Assembly: GCA_964016885.1 (NCBI GenBank) | Contig: OZ024744.1 | Location: 123,318,001 to 123,382,000 of the forward strand | Length of the DNA: 64,000 bases | Direction: 5' to 3' | DNA from: Eledone cirrhosa | Taxonomy: Eukaryota | In this document: positions 40,965 to 56,435 of the stretch, one piece after another | Position numbering within the stretch: position 1 is the first letter of the stretch | Layout of the letters: every line of letters starts with the position of its first letter | Notes under the pieces: generated by a model | Databases searched by the model: none | Told to the model about the DNA's origin: nothing | What the model saw: the letters and a program-made list of their open reading frames with translations, nothing else | Position numbers and translations under genes: made by a program

Positions 40965-43900
40965 GTTAACTCTCAACATAGAAATGTTACTAGTTAACTC
41001 GCAACATAACAGTTTTACTAGTTAACCCGCAACATAACAGTTTTGCTAGTTAACTATCAACATAACAGTCATAGTTTTACTAATTAACTCTCAACATAAC
41101 AGTTTTACTAGTTAACTCTCAGCATAACAGTTTTACTATTTAACTATCAACATAACAGATAGTTTTACTGGTTAACTCTCAACATAACAGTTTCAATAGT
41201 TAACTATCAACATAACAGTCATAATTTTACTAGGTAACTATCAACAAAGTAGTTAACTCTCAACATAACAGTTTTATTAGTTAAGTCTCAGCATAACAGC
41301 TTTACTAGTTGATTATCAACATAACAGTTTCACTAGTTAACTATCAACATAACAGTTTTACTAGTTAACTATCAACATAACAGTTTTACTAGTTAACTCT
41401 GAACATAACAGTTTTATTAGTTAACTATCAACATAACAGTTATAGTTTTAATAGTTAACTCTCAACATAACAGTTTTACTAGTTAACTCGCAACGTAACA
41501 GTTTTACTGGTTAACTCTCAACATAACAGTTTTACTAGTTAACTATCAGCATAAAAGCTTTGATAGTTAACTATCAACATAAAAGTTTTAATAGTTAACT
41601 ATCAACATAACAGTTATAGTATTACGAGTTAACTCTCAACATAGTAGTTTTACTAGTTAACTCTCTGCATAACAGCTTTACTAGCTAACTATCAACATAA
41701 CAGTTTTACTATTTAACTATCAACATAACAGATAGTTTTACTGGTTAACTCTCAACATAACTATTTGACTAGTTAACTATCAACATAAGTGTTATAGTTT
41801 TACTAGGTAACTATCAACATAGTAGTTTTACTAGTTAACTCTCAACATAACAGTTTTACTAGTTAACTCGCAACGTAACAGTTTTACTAGTTAACTATCA
41901 ACATAATTAGTTTTACTAGCTAACTATCAACATAACAGATATAGTTTTACTAGTTAACTATCAACATAGTATTTTTTACTACGTAACTCTCAACATAACA
42001 GTTTTACTAGTTAACTCTCAACATAAAAGTTTTACTATTTAACTAGCAACATAAGAGTTTTACTAGTTAACTCGCAACATAACAGTTTTACGTGTTAACT
42101 CTCAGCATAACAGTTATAGATGTACTAGTTAACTATCAACATAAAAGATATAGTTTTACTAGCTATCAACATAAGTTATAGTTTTACTAGTTAGCAATCA
42201 ACATAGCAGTTTTACTAGTTAACTATCAACATAACAGTTATGGTTTTACTAATTACATATCAACATAACAGTTTTACTAGTTAACACACAAGATAACAGT
42301 TTTACTAGTTAACTCTCAGCATAACAGTTTTACTAGTTAACTCGTAACATAACATTTTACTAGTTAACTATCAACATAACATATATAGTATTACTAGTTA
42401 ACTCTGCAAATAATAGTTTTACTAGTTAACTATCAACATAACAGTTATATTTTTACTAGTTAACTCTCAACATAACAGTTTTGCTAGTTAACTATCAACA
42501 TAACACTTTTACTAGTTAAGTACTAACATAACAGTTATAGTTTTACTAGTTAACTATCAACATAACAGTTTTACTAGTCAATTCTCAACATAACAGTTTT
42601 ACTAGTTAACTCTCAGCATAAAAGTTTTACTAGTTAACTATCAACATAACAGTTTTAACAGATAACTATCAACATAACAGTTATAGTTATACAAGTTACC
42701 TAATACCATGAGAGTTTTACTAGTTAACTATCGACATAACAGTTATAGATTTACTAGTTAACTATCAAGATAGTAGTTTTACTAGTTAACTCTCAACATA
42801 ACAATTTTACTAGTTAACTCGCAACATAACAGTTTTACTAGTTAACTCGCAGCATAACACTTTTGCTAGTTAACTATCAACATAACAGTTATAGATTTAC
42901 TAATTAACTCTCAACATAACAGTATACTAGTTAACTCTCAGCATAACAGCTTTACTAGATAACTATCAACATAACAGTTTTACTATTTAACTATCAACAT
43001 AACAGATAGTTTTACTGGTTAACTCTCAACATAACAGTTTTACTAGTTAACTCTCAACATAGAAATGTTACTAGTTAACCCGCAACATAACAGTTTTGCT
43101 AGTTAACTATCAACATAACAGTCATAGTTTTACTAATTAACTCTCAACATAACAGTTTTACTAGTTAACTCTCAGCATAACAGCTTTACTAGTTAATTAT
43201 ACACATAACAGTTTTACTATTTAACTATCAACATAACAGATAGTTTTACTGGTTAACTCTCAACATAACTATTTGACTAGTTAACTATCAACATAAGTGT
43301 TATAGTTTTACTAGGTAACTATCAACATAGTAGTTTTACTAGTTAACTCTCAACATAACAGTTTTACTAGTTAACTCGCAACGTAACAGTTTTACTAGTT
43401 AACTCTCAACATAACAGTTTTACTAGTTAACTCTCAGCATAAAACTTTTGCTAGTTAACTATCAATATAACAGTTTTACTAGTTAACTATAAACATAACA
43501 TTTATAGTTTTACTAGTTAACTATCAACATAACAGTTATAGTTTTACTAGTTAACTCTCAACATAAAAGTTATACTAGTTAACTCTCAATATTAGTTTTA
43601 CTAGTTAACTCACAACATAACAATTTTAGAAGTTAACTCTCAGCGTATCAATTTTGCTAGTTAACTATCAACATAATAGTTGTACTAGTTAACTATCAAC
43701 ATAACAGTTATAGTTTTAGTAGTTAATTATCAACATAACAGTTTTACTAGTTAACTCACAAAATAACAGTTTTACTAGTTAACTATCAGCATAACAGTTT
43801 TACTAGTTAACTATCAACATAACAATTTTACTAGTTAACTCTCAACATAACAGTTTTACTAGTTACCTCTCAGCATAACAGTTTTGCTAGTTAACTATCA

Positions 43901-46900
43901 ACATAACAGTTATAGATTTACTGGTTAACTATCAACATAACAGTTTTACTAGTTAACTATCAACATAACAGTTATAGGTTTACTAGTTACATATCAACAT
44001 AACAGTTTTACTAGTTAACTCTCAACATAACAGTTTTACTAGTTAACTGTCAGCATAAAACTTTTGCTAGTTAACTATCAATATAACAGTTTTACTAGTT
44101 AATTATACACATAACATTTATAGTTTTACTAGTTAACTATCAACATAACAGTTATAGTTTTACTAGTTAACTCTCAACATAAAAGTTATACTAGTTAACT
44201 CTCAATATTAGTTTTACTAGTTAACACACAACATAACAATTTTAGAAGTTAACTCTCAGCGTATCAATTTTGCTAGTTAACTATCAACATAATAGTTGTA
44301 CTAGTTAACTATCAACATAACAGTTATAGTTTTACTAGTTAATTATCAACATAACAGTTTTACTAGTTAACCCACAATATAACAGTTTTACTAGTTAACT
44401 ATCAGCATAACAGTTTTACTAGTTAACTATCAACATAACAATTTTACTAGTTAACTCTCAACATAACAGTTTTACTAGTTACCTCTCAGCATAACAGTTT
44501 TGCTAGTTAAATATCAACATAACAGTTATAGATTTACTAGTTAACTATCAACATAACAGTTTTACTAGTTAACTCACAATATAACAGTTTTACTAGTTAA
44601 CTCACCACATAAAGGTTTTACTAGTTAACTATCAACATAAAAGATAGTTTTACTAGCTAACTATCAACATAACAGTTATAGTTTTACTAGTTAGCAATCA
44701 ACATAGCAGTTTTACTAGTTAACTATCAACATAACAGTTATAGGTTTACTAGTTACATATCAACATAACAGTTTTATTAGTTAAATCTCAACATAAGTTT
44801 TACTAGTTAACTCTCAAGATAACAGTTTTACTAGTTAACTAGTAACATAACATTTTACTAGTTAACTATCAACATAACAGATATAGTTTTACTAATTAAC
44901 TCTGAACATAACAGTTTTACTAGTTAACTATCAACATAACAGTTATAGTTTTACTAGTTAACTCTCAACATAATAGTTTTACTAGTTAACTGGCAACATA
45001 ACAGTTTTACTAGTTAAATCTCAACATAACAGTTTTGCTAGTTAACTCTCATGATAACAGTTTTGCTATTTAACTTTCAACATAACAGTTTTACTAGTTA
45101 ACTCTCAACATAACAGTTTTACTAGTTAATTCTCAGCATAACAGTTTTGCCAGTTAACTATCAACATAAAAGTTATAGTTTTACTAGTTAACTATACACA
45201 TAACAGTTTTACTAGTTAACTCACAATATAACAGTTTTGCTAGTTAACTATCAACATAACAGTTTTACGAGTTAAATATCAACATAATTAGTTTTACTAG
45301 TTAACTATCAACATAACAGATATAGTTTTACTAGCTAATTATCAACATAACAGTTATAGTTTTACTAGTTAACTATCAACATAGTATTTTTTTACTACCT
45401 AACTCTCAACATAACAGTTTTATTAGTTAACTCTCAACATAAAAGTTTTACTATTTAACTCGCAACATAAGAGTTTTCCTAGTTAACTCGCAACAACAGT
45501 TTTACGACTTAACTCTCAGCATAAAGTTTTACTAGTTAACTATCAACATAACAGTTTTACTAGTTAACTATCAACATAACAGCTATAGATTTACTAGTTA
45601 ACTATCAACATAACAGTTTTACTAGTTAACTCACAATATAACAGTTTTACTAGTTAACTCTCAGCATAAAGGTTTTACTAGTTAACTATCAACATAACAA
45701 TTTTATAGTTAACTCTCAGCATAACAGTTTTGTTAGTTAACTATCACCATGAGAGTTTTACTAGTTAACTATCAACATAAAAGATATAGTTTTACTAGCT
45801 ATCAACATAACAGTTATAGTTTTACTAGTTAGCAATCAACATAGCAGTTTTACCAGTTAACTATCAACATAACGGTTATAGTTTTACTAGTTACATAGCA
45901 GAACAGTTTTATTAGTTAACTCTCAACATAACAGTTTTACTAGTTACCTCTCAAGATAACAGTTTTACTAGTTAACTCTCAGCATAACAGTTTTACTAGT
46001 TAACTATCAACATAACAGTTTTATTAGTTAACTCGTAACATAACATTTTACTAGTTAACTATCAACATAACAGATATAGAATTACTAGTTAACTCTGAAC
46101 ATAACAGTTTTACTAGTTAACTATCAACATAACAGTTAGTTTTACTAGTTAACTCTCAACATAATAGTTTTACTAGTTAACTCGCAACATAACAGTTTTA
46201 CTAGTTAACTCTCAACATAACAGTTTTACTAGTTAACTCTCAAAATAACAGTTTTGCTATTTAACTTTCAACATAACAGTTTTACTAGTTAACTATCAAC
46301 ATAACAGTTTTACTAGTTAACTATCAACATAACAGTTATGGTTTTACTAATTACATATCAACATAACAGTTTTACTAGTTAACTCACCACATAAAGGTTT
46401 TACTAGTTAACTATCAACATAAAAGATAGTTTTACTAGCTAACTATCAACATAACAGTTATAGTTTTACTAGTTAGCAATCAACATAGCAGTTTTACTAG
46501 TTAACTATCAACATAACAGTTATAGGTTTACTAGTTACATATCAACATAACAGTTTTATTAGTTAACTCTCAACATAAGTTTTACTAGTTAACTCTCAAG
46601 ATAACAGTTTTACTAGTTAACTAGTAACATAACATTTTACTAGTTAACTATCAACATAACAGATATAGTTTTACTAATTAACTCTGAACATAACAGTTTT
46701 ACTAGTTAACTATCAACATAACAGTTATAGTTTTACTAGTTAACTCTCAACATAATAGTTTTACTAGTTAACTGGCAACATAACAGTTTTACTAGTTAAA
46801 TCTCAACATAACAGTTTTACTAGTTAACTCTCATGATAACAGTTTTGCTATTTAACTTTCAACATAACAGTTTTACTAGTTAACTATCAACATAACAGTT

Positions 46901-48664
46901 TTACTAGTTAACTATCAGCATAACAGATATAGTTTTACTAGTTTAACTCTCAACATAAGAGTTTTACTAGTTAACTATCAACATAACAGTTATAGTTTTA
47001 CTAGTTAACTCTCAACATAATAGTTTTACTAGTTAACTCACAACATAAAAGTTATACTAGTTAACTCTCAAGATAATAATTTTACTAGTTAACTCACAAC
47101 ATAACACTTTTACTAGTTAACTCTCAGCATAACAGTTTTGCTATTTAACTATCAACATAACAGTTTTACTAGTTAAGTACTAACATAACAGTTATAGTTT
47201 TACTAATTAACTATCAACATAACAGTTTTACTAGTTAACTCACAACATAACAGCTTTACTAGTTAACTCTCAACATAAAAGTTTTACTAGTTAATTCTCA
47301 GCATAAAGGTTTTACTAGTTAACTCTCAGCTAGTTAACTCTTTGTTAGTTAACTATCTTTACTAGTTAACTCTTTGTTAGTTAACTATCAACATGAGAGT
47401 TTTACTAGTTAACTATCAACATAAAAGATATAGTTTTACTAGCTATCAACATAACAGTTATAGTTTTACTAGTTATCAATCAACATAGCAGTTTTACCAG
47501 TTAACTATCAACATAACGGTTATAGTTTTACTAGTTACATAGCAGAACAGTTTTATTAGTTAACTCTCAACATAACAATTTTACTAGTTACCTCTCAAGA
47601 TAACAGTTTTACTAGTTAACTCTCAGCATAACAGTTTTACTAGTTAACTATCAACATAACAGTTTTACTAGTTAACTATCAACATAACAGTTAGTTTTAC
47701 TAGTTAACTCTCAACATAATAGTTTTACTAGTTAACTCGCAACATAACAGTTTTACGAGTTAACTCTCAACATAATAGTTTTACTAGTTAACTCGCAACA
47801 TAACAGTTTTACTAGTTAACTCTCAACATAACAGTTGTACTAGTTAACTTTCAACATAACAGTTTTACTAGTTAACTATCAACATAACAGTTTTACTAGA
47901 TAACTATCAACATAACAGTTTTACTAGTTAACTCTCAGCATAACAGTTTTACTAGTTAACTCGTAACATAACATTTTACTAGTTAACTATCAACATAACA
48001 TATATAGCTTTACTAGTTAACTCTGCAAATAATAGTTTTACTAATTAACTATCAACATAACAGTTATAGTTTTACTAGTTAACTCTCAACATAACAGTTT
48101 TGCTAGTTAACTATCAACATAACACTTTTACTAGTTAAGTACTAACATAACAGTTATAGTTTTACTAGTTAACTATCAACATAACAGTTTTACTAGTCAA
48201 CTCTCAACATAACAGTTTTACTAGTTAACTCTCAGCATAAAAGTTTTACTAGTTAACTATCAACATAACAGTTTTAACAGATAACTATCAACATAACAGT
48301 TATAGTTATACAAGTTACCTAATACCATGAGAGTTTTACTAGTTAACTATCGACATAACAGTTATAGATTTACTAGTTAACTATCAAGATAGTAGTTTTA
48401 CTAGTTAACTCTCAACATAACAATTTTACTAGTTAACTCGCAACATAACAGTTTTACTAGTTAACTCGCAGCATAACACTTTTGCTAGTTAACTATCAAC
48501 ATAACAGTTATAGATTTACTAATTAACTCTCAACATAACAGTATACTAGTTAACTCTCAGCATAACAGCTTTACTAGATAACTATCAACATAACAGTTTT
48601 ACTATTTAACTATCAACATAACATATAGTTTTACTGGTTAACTCTCAACATAACAGTTTTACTA
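40965..48664. repeat. HOR unit 8, long class (7700 bp)
   Basis: Marker at 40965 and 48665. Truncated block at 47318; private 9-bp deletion near 41250. Confidence 0.92.
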
Positions 48665-51600
48665 GTTAACTCTCAACATAGAAATGTTACTAGTTAACTC
48701 GCAACATAACAGTTTTACTAGTTAACCCGCAACATAACAGTTTTGCTAGTTAACTATCAACATAACAGTCATAGTTTTACTAATTAACTCTCAACATAAC
48801 AGTTTTACTAGTTAACTCTCAGCATAACAGCTTTACTAGTTAATTATACACATAACAGTTTTACTATTTAACTATCAACATAACAGATAGTTTTACTGGT
48901 TAACTCTCAACATAACAGTTTCAATAGTTAACTATCAACATAACAGTCATAATTTTACTAGGTAACTATCAACAAAGTAGTTTTACTAGTTAACTCTCAA
49001 CATAACAGTTTTACTAGTTAAGTCTCAGCATAACAGCTTTACTAGTTGATTATCAACATAACAGTTTCACTAGTTAACTATCAACATAACAGTTTTACTA
49101 GTTAACTATCAACATAACAGTTATAGTTTTACTAGTTAACTATCAACATAACAGTTTTACTAGTTAACTCTGAACATAACAGTTTTATTAGTTAACTATC
49201 AACATAACAGTTATAGTTTTAATAGTTAACTCTCAACATAACAGTTTTACTAGTTAACTCGCAACGTAACAGTTTTACTGGTTAACTCTCAACATAACAG
49301 TTTTACTAGTTAACTATCAGCATAAAAGCTTTGATAGTTAACTATCAACATAAAAGTTTTAATAGTTAACTATCAACATAACAGTTATAGTATTACGAGT
49401 TAACTCTCAACATAGTAGTTTTACTAGTTAACTCTCTGCATAACAGCTTTACTAGCTAACTATCAACATAACAGTTTTACTATTTAACTATCAACATAAC
49501 AGATAGTTTTACTGGTTAACTCTCAACATAACTATTTGACTAGTTAACTATCAACATAAGTGTTATAGTTTTACTAGGTAACTATCAACATAGTAGTTTT
49601 ACTAGTTAACTCTCAACATAACAGTTTTACTAGTTAACTCGCAACGTAACAGTTTTACTAGTTAACTATCAACATAATTAGTTTTACTAGCTAACTATCA
49701 ACATAACAGATATAGTTTTACTAGTTAACTATCAACATAGTATTTTTTACTACGTAACTCTCAACATAACAGTTTTACTAGTTAACTCTCAACATAAAAG
49801 TTTTACTATTTAACTAGCAACATAAGAGTTTTACTAGTTAACTCGCAACATAACAGTTTTACGTGTTAACTCTCAGCATAACAGTTATAGATGTACTAGT
49901 TAACTATCAACATAAAAGATATAGTTTTACTAGCTATCAACATAAGTTATAGTTTTACTAGTTAGCAATCAACATAGCAGTTTTACTAGTTAACTATCAA
50001 CATAACAGTTATGGTTTTACTAATTACATATCAACATAACAGTTTTACTAGTTAACACACAAGATAACAGTTTTACTAGTTAACTCTCAGCATAACAGTT
50101 TTACTAGTTAACTCGTAACATAACATTTTACTAGTTAACTATCAACATAACATATATAGTATTACTAGTTAACTCTGCAAATAATAGTTTTACTAGTTAA
50201 CTATCAACATAACAGTTATAGTTTTACTAGTTAACTCTCAACATAACAGTTTTGCTAGTTAACTATCAACATAACACTTTTACTAGTTAAGTACTAACAT
50301 AACAGTTATAGTTTTACTAGTTAACTATCAACATAACAGTTTTACTAGTCAATTCTCAACATAACAGTTTTACTAGTTAACTCTCAGCATAAAAGTTTTA
50401 CTAGTTAACTATCAACATAACAGTTTTAACAGATAACTATCAACATAACAGTTATAGTTATACAAGTTACCTAATACCATGAGAGTTTTACTAGTTAACT
50501 ATCGACATAACAGTTATAGATTTACTAGTTAACTATCAAGATAGTAGTTTTACTAGTTAACTCTCAACATAACAATTTTACTAGTTAACTCGCAACATAA
50601 CAGTTTTACTAGTTAACTCGCAGCATAACACTTTTGCTAGTTAACTATCAACATAACAGTTATAGATTTACTAATTAACTCTCAACATAACAGTATACTA
50701 GTTAACTCTCAGCATAACAGCTTTACTAGATAACTATCAACATAACAGTTTTACTATTTAACTATCAACATAACAGATAGTTTTACTGGTTAACTCTCAA
50801 CATAACAGTTTTACTAGTTAACTCTCAACATAGAAATGTTACTAGTTAACCCGCAACATAACAGTTTTGCTAGTTAACTATCAACATAACAGTCATAGTT
50901 TTACTAATTAACTCTCAACATAACAGTTTTACTAGTTAACTCTCAGCATAACAGCTTTACTAGTTAATTATACACATAACAGTTTTACTATTTAACTATC
51001 AACATAACAGATAGTTTTACTGGTTAACTCTCAACATAACTATTTGACTAGTTAACTATCAACATAAGTGTTATAGTTTTACTAGGTAACTATCAACATA
51101 GTAGTTTTACTAGTTAACTCTCAACATAACAGTTTTACTAGTTAACTCGCAACGTAACAGTTTTACTAGTTAACTCTCAACATAACAGTTTTACTAGTTA
51201 ACTCTCAGCATAAAACTTTTGCTAGTTAACTATCAATATAACAGTTTTACTAGTTAACTATAAACATAACATTTATAGTTTTACTAGTTAACTATCAACA
51301 TAACAGTTATAGTTTTACTAGTTAACTCTCAACATAAAAGTTATACTAGTTAACTCTCAATATTAGTTTTACTAGTTAACTCACAACATAACAATTTTAG
51401 AAGTTAACTCTCAGCGTATCAATTTTGCTAGTTAACTATCAACATAATAGTTGTACTAGTTAACTATCAACATAACAGTTATAGTTTTAGTAGTTAATTA
51501 TCAACATAACAGTTTTACTAGTTAACTCACAAAATAACAGTTTTACTAGTTAACTATCAGCATAACAGTTTTACTAGTTAACTATCAACATAACAATTTT

Positions 51601-54600
51601 ACTAGTTAACTCTCAACATAACAGTTTTACTAGTTACCTCTCAGCATAACAGTTTTGCTAGTTAACTATCAACATAACAGTTATAGATTTACTGGTTAAC
51701 TATCAACATAACAGTTTTACTAGTTAACTATCAACATAACAGTTATAGGTTTACTAGTTACATATCAACATAACAGTTTTACTAGTTAACTCTCAACATA
51801 ACAGTTTTACTAGTTAACTGTCAGCATAAAACTTTTGCTAGTTAACTATCAATATAACAGTTTTACTAGTTAATTATACACATAACATTTATAGTTTTAC
51901 TAGTTAACTATCAACATAACAGTTATAGTTTTACTAGTTAACTCTCAACATAAAAGTTATACTAGTTAACTCTCAATATTAGTTTTACTAGTTAACACAC
52001 AACATAACAATTTTAGAAGTTAACTCTCAGCGTATCAATTTTGCTAGTTAACTATCAACATAATAGTTGTACTAGTTAACTATCAACATAACAGTTATAG
52101 TTTTACTAGTTAATTATCAACATAACAGTTTTACTAGTTAACCCACAATATAACAGTTTTACTAGTTAACTATCAGCATAACAGTTTTACTAGTTAACTA
52201 TCAACATAACAATTTTACTAGTTAACTCTCAACATAACAGTTTTACTAGTTACCTCTCAGCATAACAGTTTTGCTAGTTAAATATCAACATAACAGTTAT
52301 AGATTTACTAGTTAACTATCAACATAACAGTTTTACTAGTTAACTCACAATATAACAGTTTTACTAGTTAACTCACCACATAAAGGTTTTACTAGTTAAC
52401 TATCAACATAAAAGATAGTTTTACTAGCTAACTATCAACATAACAGTTATAGTTTTACTAGTTAGCAATCAACATAGCAGTTTTACTAGTTAACTATCAA
52501 CATAACAGTTATAGGTTTACTAGTTACATATCAACATAACAGTTTTATTAGTTAAATCTCAACATAAGTTTTACTAGTTAACTCTCAAGATAACAGTTTT
52601 ACTAGTTAACTAGTAACATAACATTTTACTAGTTAACTATCAACATAACAGATATAGTTTTACTAATTAACTCTGAACATAACAGTTTTACTAGTTAACT
52701 ATCAACATAACAGTTATAGTTTTACTAGTTAACTCTCAACATAATAGTTTTACTAGTTAACTGGCAACATAACAGTTTTACTAGTTAAATCTCAACATAA
52801 CAGTTTTGCTAGTTAACTCTCATGATAACAGTTTTGCTATTTAACTTTCAACATAACAGTTTTACTAGTTAACTCTCAACATAACAGTTTTACTAGTTAA
52901 TTCTCAGCATAACAGTTTTGCCAGTTAACTATCAACATAAAAGTTATAGTTTTACTAGTTAACTATACACATAACAGTTTTACTAGTTAACTCACAATAT
53001 AACAGTTTTGCTAGTTAACTATCAACATAACAGTTTTACGAGTTAAATATCAACATAATTAGTTTTACTAGTTAACTATCAACATAACAGATATAGTTTT
53101 ACTAGCTAATTATCAACATAACAGTTATAGTTTTACTAGTTAACTATCAACATAGTATTTTTTTACTACCTAACTCTCAACATAACAGTTTTATTAGTTA
53201 ACTCTCAACATAAAAGTTTTACTATTTAACTCGCAACATAAGAGTTTTCCTAGTTAACTCGCAACAACAGTTTTACGACTTAACTCTCAGCATAAAGTTT
53301 TACTAGTTAACTATCAACATAACAGTTTTACTAGTTAACTATCAACATAACAGCTATAGATTTACTAGTTAACTATCAACATAACAGTTTTACTAGTTAA
53401 CTCACAATATAACAGTTTTACTAGTTAACTCTCAGCATAAAGGTTTTACTAGTTAACTATCAACATAACAATTTTATAGTTAACTCTCAGCATAACAGTT
53501 TTGTTAGTTAACTATCACCATGAGAGTTTTACTAGTTAACTATCAACATAAAAGATATAGTTTTACTAGCTATCAACATAACAGTTATAGTTTTACTAGT
53601 TAGCAATCAACATAGCAGTTTTACCAGTTAACTATCAACATAACGGTTATAGTTTTACTAGTTACATAGCAGAACAGTTTTATTAGTTAACTCTCAACAT
53701 AACAGTTTTACTAGTTACCTCTCAAGATAACAGTTTTACTAGTTAACTCTCAGCATAACAGTTTTACTAGTTAACTATCAACATAACAGTTTTATTAGTT
53801 AACTCGTAACATAACATTTTACTAGTTAACTATCAACATAACAGATATAGAATTACTAGTTAACTCTGAACATAACAGTTTTACTAGTTAACTATCAACA
53901 TAACAGTTAGTTTTACTAGTTAACTCTCAACATAATAGTTTTACTAGTTAACTCGCAACATAACAGTTTTACTAGTTAACTCTCAACATAACAGTTTTAC
54001 TAGTTAACTCTCAAAATAACAGTTTTGCTATTTAACTTTCAACATAACAGTTTTACTAGTTAACTATCAACATAACAGTTTTACTAGTTAACTATCAACA
54101 TAACAGTTATGGTTTTACTAATTACATATCAACATAACAGTTTTACTAGTTAACTCACCACATAAAGGTTTTACTAGTTAACTATCAACATAAAAGATAG
54201 TTTTACTAGCTAACTATCAACATAACAGTTATAGTTTTACTAGTTAGCAATCAACATAGCAGTTTTACTAGTTAACTATCAACATAACAGTTATAGGTTT
54301 ACTAGTTACATATCAACATAACAGTTTTATTAGTTAACTCTCAACATAAGTTTTACTAGTTAACTCTCAAGATAACAGTTTTACTAGTTAACTAGTAACA
54401 TAACATTTTACTAGTTAACTATCAACATAACAGATATAGTTTTACTAATTAACTCTGAACATAACAGTTTTACTAGTTAACTATCAACATAACAGTTATA
54501 GTTTTACTAGTTAACTCTCAACATAATAGTTTTACTAGTTAACTGGCAACATAACAGTTTTACTAGTTAAATCTCAACATAACAGTTTTACTAGTTAACT

Positions 54601-56435
54601 CTCATGATAACAGTTTTGCTATTTAACTTTCAACATAACAGTTTTACTAGTTAACTATCAACATAACAGTTTTACTAGTTAACTATCAGCATAACAGATA
54701 TAGTTTTACTAGTTTAACTCTCAACATAAGAGTTTTACTAGTTAACTATCAACATAACAGTTATAGTTTTACTAGTTAACTCTCAACATAATAGTTTTAC
54801 TAGTTAACTCACAACATAAAAGTTATACTAGTTAACTCTCAAGATAATAATTTTACTAGTTAACTCACAACATAACACTTTTACTAGTTAACTCTCAGCA
54901 TAACAGTTTTGCTATTTAACTATCAACATAACAGTTTTACTAGTTAAGTACTAACATAACAGTTATAGTTTTACTAATTAACTATCAACATAACAGTTTT
55001 ACTAGTTAACTCACAACATAACAGCTTTACTAGTTAACTCTCAACATAAAAGTTTTACTAGTTAATTCTCAGCATAAAGGTTTTACTAGTTAACTCTCAG
55101 CTAGTTAACTCTTTGTTAGTTAACTATCTTTACTAGTTAACTCTTTGTTAGTTAACTATCAACATGAGAGTTTTACTAGTTAACTATCAACATAAAAGAT
55201 ATAGTTTTACTAGCTATCAACATAACAGTTATAGTTTTACTAGTTATCAATCAACATAGCAGTTTTACCAGTTAACTATCAACATAACGGTTATAGTTTT
55301 ACTAGTTACATAGCAGAACAGTTTTATTAGTTAACTCTCAACATAACAATTTTACTAGTTACCTCTCAAGATAACAGTTTTACTAGTTAACTCTCAGCAT
55401 AACAGTTTTACTAGTTAACTATCAACATAACAGTTTTACTAGTTAACTATCAACATAACAGTTAGTTTTACTAGTTAACTCTCAACATAATAGTTTTACT
55501 AGTTAACTCGCAACATAACAGTTTTACGAGTTAACTCTCAACATAATAGTTTTACTAGTTAACTCGCAACATAACAGTTTTACTAGTTAACTCTCAACAT
55601 AACAGTTGTACTAGTTAACTTTCAACATAACAGTTTTACTAGTTAACTATCAACATAACAGTTTTACTAGATAACTATCAACATAACAGTTTTACTAGTT
55701 AACTCTCAGCATAACAGTTTTACTAGTTAACTCGTAACATAACATTTTACTAGTTAACTATCAACATAACATATATAGCTTTACTAGTTAACTCTGCAAA
55801 TAATAGTTTTACTAATTAACTATCAACATAACAGTTATAGTTTTACTAGTTAACTCTCAACATAACAGTTTTGCTAGTTAACTATCAACATAACACTTTT
55901 ACTAGTTAAGTACTAACATAACAGTTATAGTTTTACTAGTTAACTATCAACATAACAGTTTTACTAGTCAACTCTCAACATAACAGTTTTACTAGTTAAC
56001 TCTCAGCATAAAAGTTTTACTAGTTAACTATCAACATAACAGTTTTAACAGATAACTATCAACATAACAGTTATAGTTATACAAGTTACCTAATACCATG
56101 AGAGTTTTACTAGTTAACTATCGACATAACAGTTATAGATTTACTAGTTAACTATCAAGATAGTAGTTTTACTAGTTAACTCTCAACATAACAATTTTAC
56201 TAGTTAACTCGCAACATAACAGTTTTACTAGTTAACTCGCAGCATAACACTTTTGCTAGTTAACTATCAACATAACAGTTATAGATTTACTAATTAACTC
56301 TCAACATAACAGTATACTAGTTAACTCTCAGCATAACAGCTTTACTAGATAACTATCAACATAACAGTTTTACTATTTAACTATCAACATAACATATAGT
56401 TTTACTGGTTAACTCTCAACATAACAGTTTTACTA
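48665..56435. repeat. HOR unit 9, long class (7771 bp)
   Basis: Marker at 48665 and 56436; truncated block at 55089. Confidence 0.92.
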
